Of a DNA stretch of 64,000 nt, positions 25,990-39,042 are shown piece after piece. Within the stretch, counting starts at the first letter, position 1. Every line of letters starts with the position of its first letter. The position numbers and the translations under genes were made by a program. The DNA comes from Haliotis rubra (Eukaryota), in NCBI RefSeq assembly GCF_003918875.1, contig NW_025767257.1, positions 930,001 through 994,000 of the forward strand. Direction: 5' to 3'. The notes below the pieces were generated by a model that saw nothing but the letters and a program-made list of their open reading frames with translations, made no database searches and was not told the origin of the DNA.

Positions 25990-27030
25990 GAAATATGTTA
26001 CTACGATTCTCACAAGAACAGTCTGCAGAAATATATCACTCACTACGATTGTCGCAATACCTGTGTGTAGAACGAAATCACTCACTACGATTGTTGCAGA
26101 AAGAGTGTGCAGATATATGTCACTCACTACGATTGTCACAGGAATATATCACTCATTGCGATTGTCACAGGAATATATCACTCACTGCGATTGTCACAGG
26201 AATATATCACTCACTGCGATTGTTGCAGAAAGAGTGTGCAGATATATGTCACTCAATACGATTGTCACAGGAATATATCACTCACTGCGATTGTCACAGG
26301 AATATATCACTCACTACGATTGTTGCAGAAAGAGTGTGCAGATATATGTCACTCACTACGATTGTCACAAGAATATATCACTCACTGCGATTGTCACAGG
26401 AATATATCACTCACTGCGATTGTCACAGGAATATATCACACACTACGATTGTCACAGAAATATATCACTCACTACGCTTGTCCCAATACCTGTGTGTAGA
26501 ACGCCGGAGAGCGGAAGGTCGCGGGTTCGATCCCCGACCGCGTCGTATCAAAAGACGTTAAAATATGGTACTTGTTGGTCCCTGCCTGGCGCTCGGCATT
26601 AATGGACTTGTCGGCTCGGAGTCAGTATAATGTGTCTGAGTGGGGTATTCATGCTTCACTGCGGCATGGTATCTCAGTTGGCCAGCACTATAAAACCAGC
26701 TTAAGTCTGGGCTAGTACAAGCAGCCGCACATACACATACACACGCATGCACGTCGTCATATGAGCGAAATATTCTCAAGCACGACGTTAAACCCAAATT
26801 CACCTCACCTCACCTGTGTGTAGAACGAAATCACTCACTACGATTGTTGCAGAAAGAGTGTGCAGATATATGTGACTCATTACGATTGTCACATGAATAT
26901 ATCACTCACTGCGATTGTCACATGAATATATCACTCACTGCGATTGTCACAGGAATATATCAGTCACTACGATTGTCACATGAATATATCACTCACTACG
27001 ATTGTCACAGGAATATATCACTCACTATGA
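25990..27030. repeat. 29-bp minisatellite with longer variant units, interrupted by a SINE
   Basis: Unit tgtcacaggaatatatcactcactgcgat (period 26161->26190). Confidence 0.9.
26504..26811 (+). mobile_element. 5'-truncated tRNA-head SINE with Meta-domain-like core (family C)
   Basis: B-box ggttcgatccc, then aaagacgttaaaatatggtacttg..ccctgcctggcgctcggcattaa (Meta/MESC-like). Tail gaaatattctcaagcacgacgttaaaccc(tcacc)n. TSD acctgtgtgtagaacg (26488-26503, 26812-26827). Confidence 0.8.
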
Positions 27031-27088
27031 GCCAATAAAGACTTACAGGTCTTTACTTTTGCAACTCAGTATGAATGTAGTCGCCAGC

Positions 27089-27360
27089 ACTGTGGAAACA
27101 AGACAAGTCTGTGGAAACACGACACGTCTGTGGAACTATACAAGTCTGTGGAACTATAGAAGTATATTGAACTATAGAAGTCTGTTGATACAAGACACGT
27201 CTGTGGAAACAAGACAAATCTGTGGAAACAAGACAAGTCTGTGGAGCTATACACGGCTGTGGAAACAAGACAAGTCTGTGGACACAAGACATGTCTGTGG
27301 AATTATTCTAGTCTTTGGAAACAAGGCATGTCTGTGGAACCATACAAGTCTATGGAACTG
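27089..27360. repeat. Degenerate 18-19-bp tandem repeat
   Basis: ctgtggaaacaagacaagt / ctgtggaactatacaagt units. Confidence 0.8.
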
Positions 27361-27859
27361 TACACATTGTTCTCACAGCCATTGCTTGGTAAATCCATAT
27401 GTACACGTTAGCCTCCTTTGTTCCATGTCCAAGTATCGTGACCTTGGTGAGTTCACACCTGTTAACGTGACAGATTAACTCGACATACTCACAAGTATTA
27501 TACGATCATGGGTCAATGACAGCAATTATTGTTTCTTCCATTTACATGATATGGCCCTGTAACAGAGGATACAAGCACTGTGTAGTTATCCACCCTTCTT
27601 TTATCTATATCGGTGTGCCAAATTCACCATTCCAAATCACCTTTGTATATGTAAGGAGTCAGTTCAATTCCCCGATTTACACATTAGTGAGGTTTAGATG
27701 TAGTCATAAAGCCTAGTTTGATAGTTTCGAAAACATGGACTCACTTCTCACAGTTTTATTAAAAAATCAGACCATCACAACTTTATAATCCTTATATAAA
27801 ACTGTAGGACATATAACAACCCAATGATCAGCCATCTATTTAATTAATAAGGCAACATG

Positions 27860-28260
27860 AATATAGGCTAATGTTCGTGTAGGTGCAATGTGTAGTCGAC
27901 ATCCTTTGAAGACAAGGTGAATGCGGCAGAGGAATGTTCTTGTTGTTTTATTGATCGAATTAAGCGAATCTCCATCTGTGTGTTTAGTCTTGAACAGGGT
28001 CTGCCTATCATGTGGTCAGTGTACGGGTTTCTTAATTAGTTCAGCAGGCATGTTTCAATGGTGTATAGAGGTGTTATATTTCCATCACCTTTCCGCTGAA
28101 CTTGTGACCTCGGGATTTTGGTGAATCTAGAAATAGACAATTTGTTGTAGATGATTAGCCTACCGCATGTAGTCTTCAGTCAACATCCAGTATCGCTTTT
28201 GTTTATTGTATCAACAGCACAGGATATGCCTGCCAATGTTTATGTCAGAAGGATTATACC
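27860..28260 (-). pseudogene. Possible highly decayed Penelope-like RT fragment
   Basis: In shifting minus frames and correct order: TEDYMR*AN...QNP, IGRP, then SKDVD...YTNI, resembling PLE RT DY..EA.RQL...DP / GRPIVS / DV.SLYTNI. Heavily degraded. Confidence 0.35.
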
Positions 28261-28398
28261 AAACATTTGGTTCATATGTAATTCGGAATATCAATTACTT
28301 GGAATCTGTTATGTTACTCTTGACGTTTTGTTAGGATTATTCCTCATGACACCACTCACAGCCTAGCCTTCATTGACAATCCTCTCGTCCATGGTTAA

Positions 28399-28564
28399 GG
28401 GGGACGGTGGAGTAGCCTAGTGGTTAAAGCGTTCGCTCGTCACGCCGAAGTTCCGTGTTCGATTCCCTCAGGGTACAGTGTGTGAAGCCCATTTCTGGTG
28501 TCCCCCGCCGTGATATCGCTGGAATACTGCTAAAAGGGACGTAAAACAAAACTCACTCACTCAC
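28399..28564 (+). mobile_element. tRNA-derived SINE family A, full copy
   Basis: Same head, body and tail. TSD tccatggtt (28388-28396, 28565-28573). Confidence 0.9.
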
Positions 28565-28790
28565 TCCATGGTTTAGATTCCACGAAATATGTGTCTGTCA
28601 ATCAATTATCCTATTCATGATATCCCGATTTTGCATTGTCTGTTGAGACCTTACATGCAGATATAAAGCGTTCGGACAGTTGCCTGATTATTGTAGTGCC
28701 AGGAAGTATTAAATCTGTCCGCAGACATTCCCAATCGTGGACGATATAAATAGCAACGATTAATAACATGTTCGAACGTTTGGTCTAAGA

Positions 28791-28977
28791 GTAAGTAAGT
28801 GAGTGAGTGAGTGAGCGAGTGAATTTAGTTTTACGCCGTTTTTAAGCAATATTCCAGCAATATTAGGGTGGGGGACACCAGAAATGGGCATCACACATTG
28901 TACCCATGTGGGGAATCGAACCCGGGTCTTCGGCGTGACGAGCGAACGATTTAACCACTAGGCTACCCCACCGCCCC
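28791..28977 (-). mobile_element. tRNA-derived SINE family A, full copy
   Basis: Reverse-complement copy with (gagt)n tail. 13-bp TSD gtttggtctaaga (28778-28790, 28978-28990). Confidence 0.92.
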
Positions 28978-30178
28978 GTTTGGTCTAAGACAAGTTAAAG
29001 ATAAACTATATTATCACTTCGTTTCTGACATTTTAAAAAGATTTCAACACACTGTCAAACATTTGAACGATGGTGACCACGACCTTCAGATATGGTATGT
29101 TCTTGTTTGTGTTTATAATTACTGGCCATCTGCTAACTCGTCTTAAATCTGGTTGTTCCTTAAATTGTAAACAAGTATGATGATGTAAATACACTTGAAC
29201 TTATTTGCATGTTTGAATCATCCCATCAAAGCATTCGTACCAAACGTTATATGTCCCAGAATCAGCTAAAACTCTTCTTATTGCCGTGTTTATCTTCGAT
29301 GACATTACTTATCTGTAGCTCTTCTCCCATCTGACACACGTGTCACGACACCTGTCAGCCAGTTATAAAATGAGCAGGTTATTTCAACACTTGTTCTAAA
29401 GTAGCTTCGGTATAAACAACGAGGCTGGTCTTGCCGAGAGACGGCGTTGCTAGGAGGCTGAACGTCGGAGAGACTGACTTCAGATTTCAAGGTTTGATAC
29501 TTCCGCAAGCAACTTCACATGTTTGGTGATTCTTCTCCCACGATAACAAGGAAATATGCCAGCAATGTGACGAAAACGATTACACGGAGCTGCTGGCTCA
29601 TTAACCATCTACACCGTTTTACCTGGAGTCGAAAAAAGTAAAGGTGTTCGTTGTTATCAAATCGGCTCCATTTCAAATACACAGGTGTGATACGATGTTT
29701 TTATCATTCGTGAAGATTGATGGACAGCGACAAACAGCTATAAATCGTTTATTCACAAATGACCATAGCTAACATTGTTTTAGGATATACCTGCATGTAT
29801 TCACGTGGACAAGTCGCAGTTACTCGACATCGATCACCGTTTCCTCATACTTGACAGTTCTCATGTAATCATTCTTTATAAATATAACTGTATTGACATC
29901 AGTGAATGAGTTTTATACACATATCATCTCGACTTATATACTTACTAGTTAACAGATATTAACAGATATAAATGATAAACAATATTACAAATATTAACAG
30001 AAATATATGATGGAAACAATTCAAAACAGTCATATCAACAGATATATATATACATATATAATATACAAAATTACACCATAGGTACTACACACATACATAT
30101 AAGCATAAACATATAGACATAGAGCTTCTAAGTTCTGATAAACAAGTGGATATATCAATGTAAAGTTCTTGCCGAATA

Positions 30179-30339
30179 GGGGCGGTGGGGTGGCTCAGTG
30201 GTTAAAGTATTCACTTTTTACGCCGAAGATCCGGGTTCGATTCCCAACATGGGTACAATGTGTGAAGCCCATTTCTGGTGTCCCCGCCGTGATATTGCTG
30301 GAATGTTGCTAAAAGCGGTGTAAAACTAAGCTCGCTCGC
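30179..30339 (+). mobile_element. tRNA-derived SINE family A, full copy
   Basis: Same consensus. tcttgccg is repeated on both flanks. Confidence 0.9.
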
Positions 30340-32140
30340 TCTTGCCGTACAGAAGAAAGCAACGTTCACCTTCTGAAGCGACCGTGGTGCCCAAATTTCA
30401 ATTTAAATATGAATCAATTGACCTGCAACTACCTTGTTGAATGTGGGCGTGTAAAGATGTTAGATACAAGTTAATTATGACTGATATTTGTTTCTGTTGG
30501 CAATACGAGCATACATCTGCAGCATATCCGGCCTATCAAAACACTTGATTTTCATTTATCAGACATGAGAATATTTTGATAACACTTCCCCATCTGCACT
30601 TCAAACATTATCTGTATATCCCCAAGTACAGAGCAATTACTGCGGGGAATCTCCGACCAGTGATAAATAACTCTATAACGTATCTGTTCTGGGAATGGCT
30701 CGACTGTTAATTCGCTGAACACATACCAGTTATAATCCTACCCTACCGTGATTGTGAGTACCCGTGGGATATAGGAAGATCGTACCAAATCCTAGTTCCA
30801 TGCCACTAGACCGTATATTATTGATGGTGCGGTTCTTCCGCTATTGGGTTTTAAAATGTTTACGTTTTTACAGGATAGTTATGTTGTCTGGAGGAGTCTA
30901 CAGGACGATACTCCCCGCTCAGATAGATAAGAACCTACAGGAATGTAGAACATTCATGCCATGCGGCGTTTGTTTAGCACACCGCTTGTTTTCTGCTCTT
31001 GTTATATGTTTTTAATTGTTGTATCCTAAAAAGTGGCGCACTTATCATACTGGATGCTAAGGGACATTCCCCTTTTCCTGCAAACTATATGTTTCCTTGG
31101 TATTGAAGCAATGTAGACAATGTTAATCCCAATTCCAGGAATTAGGTCACGTGAAATCAGTGTAGAGGGGTACTGACGTCACATGTACGTGGCCTAATTA
31201 CTGTGGTTCACGCATGGCCAACCCCATCAACCGTTCATCACACGAGATGTAGCATATACACCCCACATGTACATGTTTAATACTCGCTGTGCTGCTGACT
31301 AAACACTCCTGTGACCGCCGATGGATATCGTGTGATTTATCTTTACCAAATTCGTTTTGTCCTAATCTCTTCATTGTGGTGACTGAGCATACCAACTGTA
31401 GCATTCACTGACGGTGATATTAAGTGTTGTTCTAAATGGAAAGTATGTGTCTTCGTGGAATACATCATTCGGAAGGGTGATATTTCAACATAACATGTTT
31501 CAGCGGACAGGCATACGAACAGTGTTTATCACTGATCTCCGTTAATTATTGTAGTGTTAATTGAATGCCCAGGGTTTATCGATCTCTTTGGTATCACCTT
31601 ATAGTGGGTAGCTTCTTCTTGGGGGAAAATTTCGGGATGAATACGAAAGAAGTTGAAATTGTACATGTTTAGTGAATCCGTGATGATGTATAGTGAATAG
31701 CTGATACTTAGTGAACAGCTGATGTCTACATTACTGTAACTCTGACTACACCATTAAATCTCAGATGCTTGGTCTGTATCACTGATTCTCTGATAACTCA
31801 TGCTTCTATACTCTTAAAAACGTAGGGGAACCTGAACTTTCAGTTTGGATAGGAAGTATAAGCAAGAACTTTTCAAAGACAGACATCTTATGAACGCATC
31901 ACCATTTCTCTTTATCAACGCCCCTAAACGCATGGAATGCACGTGCACAACGCAGTCGCCCCATAAACGTATGGTGTCATTCTTGGTTTTGACGGTTTTC
32001 AAGAAGGTCGATAAATCACTGTAAACCATTAATATCGACATTCATCTTGCATCACACAGTTGTTAGTGTTTGTTTCTAGCCGGTTTTTTTGTTTGAAAAT
32101 AAAAATCGTACGCATGCAAATTTCGCGTCATACACCAATC

Positions 32141-32219
32141 CCCATTTCTGGTGTTTCCCGCCTTGGAATTGCTGGAATATTGCTAAAGACGGCGTAAAAC
32201 CATACTCTCTCGCCCATAC
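32141..32219 (+). mobile_element. SINE family A, 3' half
   Basis: cccatttctggtg...gctggaatattgctaaagacggcgtaaaaccatactc. Confidence 0.75.
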
Positions 32220-34110
32220 ACAAATCATCTTTCAAGGGCGATTACTGTTCAAACAACAATTGTCACCAGGAAGAGCAAGTGGTGGTGCACTCTCAAAACA
32301 TTCATTATTATCATATCAACATTGACTGACTCCGATATATCTCCCAGTCTTTTCAATCGTAAATTAACAATGAAGTTCCCCCACTTTAATTTGAGAGTAT
32401 ATTTACCGAATCGCTAGTGTAGATATTTCTGTGTATCATGTAACAACTAGGTTTGCAGGCAAGATAATGCCAATTGATAAAACGGTATCTTTTGTGGTCA
32501 TAACTAAAAGATAAATATCAACATTTAACAGACAGGGTACGTACAGCATACAGTGTTTACAAACAAGGTATCACCTGTTTGTACTGTTAGTACCTGCATC
32601 AGGGATCTGGGTAAATTACTGGCACCATTGTTAATATCATAACATCTAGTATACGGATACCCGGTGTCTAAAATGTACATAGAGGGGGCATTGTAAAATG
32701 TTATACAACATTCAAGATATAAATTACGATACCATTTAGAGGACACCATCTAGACCTGTGCTTGCAGGCCTCTTCGTCTTGGGGTCTTTTCCCTAATTTG
32801 GAAGGTTTGTGCCGAAAATATGTCCCAGATGTTACCTTGTTTCACCCTTGTTTGATACCTGACTCCATTTTGTAAAGCTTTATGCACGCAGATTAAAAGT
32901 GTCATTGACGAGAGTAGCTTCCCTTAGATAAAGGACGTCTCCTCTAACGCGTGGACCGATGAACAGTACGGGAGGGCAATCTCTAATGTGCGTATATGTA
33001 GTTATACCACTGCTTGAAAATGATAACACATTTTGCTCAAATGATGAAGCACTGACCTACTGACGTCAAAGGTCTTTATTATGCATGAAGGCCAAATCAA
33101 AATATGTTGGAAACAAGATAAGACAATTAAAGGTTTAACAAAATCTGTCTCTTTTTATGAGCAGTATATAACGTATTTGCATACATTTAATAATGATTCA
33201 TTTGAAGCGGAAGTTAACAGGCTTTTGAATATAAATATATTTGAAATTCGGTTATAAACATGTGGAAAATGACGTAATCATTCTTCAGAATAATATTTTC
33301 ATGCGAAAAGAAAATGGAATTCATCCTCTATGCCGAATTTACAAATAGGACATGGGCGTAGAGATACATCAATATTTAACCATCTCACTTCATTTATTTT
33401 TAATAGCAATAAGCCTGTTCGGAATTTTATAAGAATATTTCGATATTTAATTTCATGTATAACACTTGAATATTTTTCAGGTTCTAGCACACTCTTACAC
33501 TCTCTATACAAACTGTAGCGTGAACAGTTGCCAAGAGTACATTGCCAATATTGTAAAAACATATTTACACATATATCTCTAAAACATCTAAGAAAATCAA
33601 ACTTATTACCAACACTTTTTGTCAATCGTACAAAGCCAAATCCATGTGAAAAAAGTATATTACGAACATGAGAACCGTAATTATTTTGCCCAATGTTATC
33701 TTAAAATATAATGACACGTCATATGATTTTTTTTTGTATTCTACCAGAGTGCATTTCTGTTAGTTTTAACCAATATTTAATAACTCGACATAAGGCATTT
33801 GTGCACGAAGTGTATCGTCCACATTCATCATATATTATAACATTAGGCGTTTGTAATCCTACATGTAAAAATCTCTTACATGGAAGCAAATGAACATTTT
33901 TATATTCTCATAGCGACTAATCCCCCATACCTCCGCACCATAAAGTAAAATTGGTTGAATTTGTGTATCAAATGTTATAAAGAATACCTTAGGATCAACC
34001 ACATAAATCTTTCTTAAGAAATAGTAATAATGTTCTTTTCCTTCTCAGTGCTAGATCGTGTATACATTTATTCATTATAACGTTGATGAAATATTACACC
34101 ACGATATCTA

Positions 34111-35300
34111 TACTAGCCACATAAAGAAACTGTGCATTGTCAAAATATTATCCCAGTTGATAAGTACGATAACAATGTCAAAGGTACTTATAAACTTTAA
34201 TGGAGAGATCATGAGACCATAACAAGTCGGGAGAATTTCAATTGAAAAGTCAATCACAATGACGTCACGAGTCCACAAGCGGGACTGGGGTCAAACGACC
34301 ATGTCACAAGCTCAATAACGGGTATGTCCACCATCGGCATTGAGAACAGCAGTGCATCGACGACGCATAGAGCCTATCAAACGTGCAAGGGAGGCTTGTG
34401 GGATGTCACGCCAGATTCTCTCAAGTTCAAGTGCTGTTATTTCACCCCAAATCATCACGGAACCACCCCCAAAGCGATTCCTCTCCAAGACACAGGCCTG
34501 TGCATAACGTTCTCCCACGCTTCTATAGGCACGTTGACGTCCATCACTATGGGAAATGTTAAACCTGGACTCATCTGTAAAAACAACATTTCTCCACCAA
34601 ACCAAGGGTCTGCGGACATGATTTCGGCACCACAGTCAGCGAGCTTGTCGATGACGTTGTGTCAGGACAGGCCGTATGGCGGGACGTTGTGGTCTGATCC
34701 CGTGATAACGTAAACGTTGTCGAACTGTGTTGGGGTGGATACGGCGAAGTCCTGGGATGGTTCGGGCAGTCATCACTGCAGTCTGAAACCTGTGGCGAAA
34801 ATGGGTCACCCTTATCCATCTGTCCTGTCTTGGCGTTGTTACACGTGGACGTCCAGAACGTGGCCGATCGATGACGTCATTTGTGTTCTGGTAGTGTCTC
34901 ACCAGTGCAGAAATGGTGTTCCGGTGGCAGTGTAAATGTGCAGCCACTTGTCGTTGAGACATTCCCCCACGGACCATCCCAATGGCTTCATGACGTTGTG
35001 CAGACGTGAGCCTTGGCATGCTATGCGTTTCAATAGCCGTTTAATTTTTTGAACGATCGCAAGGGCAGGGGTTGAGCTGTGTGTGGCATTCATTTGCTCT
35101 GTTTCTCTTTCCCGGAATGCACGTGCAACAACGTATTGCACGTCTCAAGGACGAACCCACTGACGTCACGGAACGTGGCACGTGCATTCATGTTGGATAC
35201 ATGTCACTAATCTCTAAGTTTAAATCCTTATGTGTCTGCACAGGTTTGATAAATTTAGATTTTACATTTTTGTATGCACAATTTCTTTATGTGCCTAGTA
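34111..35300 (-). mobile_element. Tc1/mariner DNA transposon, internally deleted (1190 bp)
   Basis: 27-bp TIRs: tactagccacataaagaaactgtgcat (34111-34137) vs the reverse complement of 35274-35300, 2 mismatches. TA duplicated at 34109-34110 and 35301-35302. Contains a transposase relic. Confidence 0.95.
34312..35019 (-). pseudogene. Tc1-family transposase pseudogene
   Basis: ORFs 34636-35019 (MPRL..., paired-like HTH, RSGRPR, second HTH) and 34312-34605 (VVFTDESRF, GGGSVMIWG, SMRRRC.AV....GGHTRY) are in the same frame, separated by one TGA. An in-frame deletion after WGEITA removes the second D and the E of the DD34E triad. Confidence 0.93.
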
Positions 35301-36114
35301 TATATGAATTGACAACATCAATACCAGTGTCTTTATAATACCATTAAACTTCTAAAAGCGACAATAATGGTTTTATGGAGGTTGACAGCATGACAACCAT
35401 TTATCAGAATATGATTCTAAAATATTCAATTGTTTTGTAGTCCTGAAGCAACGTTAGATATGAGAATGACATCAAAAGTAATAGCAATATATCTAAGGAA
35501 TCTGGATACAGCTGTACACCAAAAACCTACCAGTTTCTACAATAGCAGTACAATTCACCCATGAAAACGGAAAAAATAAGTGGACTTAAAATACACCCTT
35601 GTCTTAGACCCACTGGGCAATCAAAATATTATGTGTGAACATTACCGTTGCATTTTACACATGCTTTAACAGATACATATATACTTTTTAATGCAGCTAA
35701 CATTTTGCCATTAAATCCAGAGTTTTGAAGACAATACCAAAGTTTATGTCGTGAGACGGAATCAAAAGCCTTTTTTAAAATATAATATAATTTCTTCTTT
35801 TTTCTTGATAAACATTTCTGAATTATTGCATTTAAGGTGAAAACGTGATCAGCTGTAGAATACTCTTTTCTAAAGCCGGTTTGAAATTTAGGTATTTATC
35901 TCTTATCGTAGCCGAATTTGTAAGTCTGGTATGAAGAATGCTCACATTCTCTGAAAAATCTTGCATTTTTTAGGTAAGGCCCGTAAGAAAAGTATTTTTC
36001 CACAGCATAATTACTTATTTGTTGTAAATATAATATTCTACATAAATAATAAGCACTTCGTATTCATTCCGAATCCAGAAATATTGATAGCTTCAATATG
36101 ACTGTGTATATTCC

Positions 36115-36800
36115 ACACTCATCACCCGAATAAACGATCTCTACCTACACCCCAACACGCTCATCACCCGAATAAACGATCTCTACCTACACCCCTACAC
36201 ACTCATCACCCGGATTAACGATCTCTTCCTACACCCCTACACACTCATCACCCGAATTAACGATCTCTTCCTACACCCCTACACACTCATCACCCGGATT
36301 CTATCTACACCCCTACTCGCTCATCACGTGGATTAACAATATCTACCTACACCCGTCAAGCTCATCACCCGGATTAACGTTATCTAACTACACCCCTACA
36401 CACTCATCACCCGGATTAACAATATCTACCAACACCCCTACACACTCATCAACCGGATTAACAATATCTACCAACACCCGTACACACTCATCACCCGGAT
36501 TAACGATATCTACCTACACCCCTACACGATCATCACCCGGATTAACGATATCTACCTACACCCCTAAACACTCATCACCCGGATTAACGATCTCTACCTA
36601 CACCCCTACACACTCACCACCCGGATTAATGATATGTACCCACTCCCCTACATGCTCCTAACTCGGATTAATGATCCCTAAAACACCCCTTCACTCTCAT
36701 CAGCCGGATTAACGCTGTCTATCTACCCCTCTACTCCCAAACCGTACACATCCCCTGGATTAACACTTTACCCATACCCTGCATACCCATCGTCCGGGTA
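36115..36800. repeat. 42-bp minisatellite decaying rightwards
   Basis: Unit acactcatcacccggattaacgatatctacctacacccctac. Confidence 0.9.
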
Positions 36801-39042
36801 ACAACCCCTCCCACTTTACCCCAGCAGACACACTAGACTTTGGTAAGAGCATTCTGTTCATGGCGTTTAAATAAACATCCGCTCATCTTCTCAGATGTAC
36901 TCAACACCATACAGACCCTGACAAAAATATATCGAAGAAAGCCCAAGCAAGTCTAGAATATGCGGCAAGTCTAGATTACCACAGTTTAAAGAAGAATGTC
37001 TTTGGGCTCCTTTTCGCTATATTTTATGATTTTTGTTGAGGAACTGTTGTTTTTTCTGTAAAAAATGTTCACGTCAGAGACTAGATGTTAGTCTAAGTGG
37101 CCTGTTGGCGTGTATAGTAGAATGCACCCCAATCTTGGTGAAAACATGTCACACCCATCATATCACAAACTGAATTGATCGTATGTGCTGAGACGATGTG
37201 CCATGGTGCCAAAGGAACGTTGACGAGAGTATAGTTTTATTGTAAGATATCTGCTCCTGAAAGCAATGCACACTTCTTACCTCGGTTCAAAGGATTTAAT
37301 CAAGGTTATGATAGAGGTTTTAAACAAACCCCATTTGGCTAGGTTGTCGATTCCGTTTCTTCTATTCGGCATTCCCACTTTTCAAGCGTCCCGCTTATTG
37401 TTTTAAGGGTCGTCAACCACCGTTGAAGCCTAGAAGCCAAGTCGCGCGAGACTTTGACGCGAGTTTGGCAGACATCTTTGTTCTGTTGAGAAGGGGTTGA
37501 AGAAATTGAGCAAATTAATTGAATATATCGCTCTGCGTTTCAAGGATCCCCCGCCATTGTGACCAGGCTGTTCACCGCGACAATCAATACCAGTGCCTTC
37601 TCTCTTCGATTCACTCACTCTGCCCGACAGTCAGAGAATCACCGTTCAGCCTCGCACAAAAACGCCCCATTCTCCCGCTGGGTGAACCACTGTCTGAGAT
37701 AAATCATATCCTCGTGCCTATGTACATAATTGCGGATAGGTTCGTGTAAATTTATGCATACTGTTTCAGCGTCGTGGCCTCGCTACATAGACCAAGCATG
37801 GCGCTCAACCAACCATCTTCGTCTGTATTAAGTACAGAACGACCGTACTGCGTTGTCATACACGGACTTGTTTCTATATCGATGCACACCATACGTACTT
37901 AGTCGTCGCCTTGTGGTATACGCGCCTGCTACACATCTGAGACTAATTCCAGGTCCCCTTCATTCATCGTTCTGACCTCAGATATTTCCAAGGTCATTTT
38001 GTCTGCAGCGTCATAGCAATTATAGGTTCCAAAGTGCAAATACTCTAGCCATAACTTTACCTTAGCAACAACATAGCAACGTCAAAACAGCTTTTCGAAA
38101 TTTTCTTTACTAGAGCACAGCTTGGTTGAATAAGTGGAATATTGTTTTCATTGACAATGGTTTAGCATCATGGTTTGTATAAATTGATTTTCCCTTTCTT
38201 TGGCGTTGAGATGAGTGAGACGCTATGCGCGTTGTTATGATGGTGTAACTTGATTCCACTCAAGTCGATGATTTTGAACACGATTAAGAGTTGCAGCATG
38301 CTGTACTCGCTAGTGGGGATCACCCAGCACACTACAATGTTTTCAGTAATTAACCTTTTTCATTAAGTCATGGTCTTTTGGGTACAATTGCTTTTCGATG
38401 TTACATCGTAAGCTGTAATCGTTTCAGCTCTTTCCGGGCGAAGGATTGGACACAAAATATATAAATATGGACAGCAGATACGTCGAGTGTCTGTCTGGGC
38501 GGGTTAGTGCGCTTTGTGTAAAAAATGTAACGTTGTTGAGCTTTGGAATGTTGTTTGGTTTATCAACGTAGTAATATTGCCGTGTGGCAACATGATTGGT
38601 TTGGGGAGTTCTGCACCAATACAAATGAAATACACGTTAGGAAGGATGGTTCTTTGCTAAATTACCACGTTAAATTATTCCGATATTTTTTCATTTTGTA
38701 TCAAAGAACATCTTCGCGTATAAAATGCTGTTATGCCTGTGTTTTGATACTGTTTATCAAGTGACATTTTAATCAAATATAACTTTTATGACAACATACG
38801 TCTGCAAGCAATCATAATAGCCTATGCTCGCTGGCGTGACACATTGAACATCGTAATGAAGGATTCGAACCCGGGTCTCCGGCATACGACCAAATACTTT
38901 CGGTTACAGATCTGAGACAAAATGATCTCTATGTTAACTAAAACGACTTTCGGTGTCTTATTTCCTTATTACGATCATTTAGACCATTTGTCCTTTTCTT
39001 GAACGAGTAAATGTTCACTGTGATACACCAGGCAATCAGAGG

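Larger units (their letters stand above)
33070..35945 (-). mobile_element. Decayed 5'-truncated non-LTR retrotransposon (RT + C-terminal Cys/His motif; RTEX/CR1-L2-like), split by the Tc1 element
   Basis: Minus-strand translations: QTGFRKEYSTADHVFTL (~35880-35835), KKAFDSV, FDCPVGLRQGCILSPLIFS (~35625-35570), VVNSYRYRGVIF (across the Tc1), FDTQIQPILLYGAEVWG (~33970-33925), KFRTG...CPICKFGIEDEFHFLF (33299-33625). AATAAA near 33075. Many stops and frameshifts; clade assignment tentative. Confidence 0.9.
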
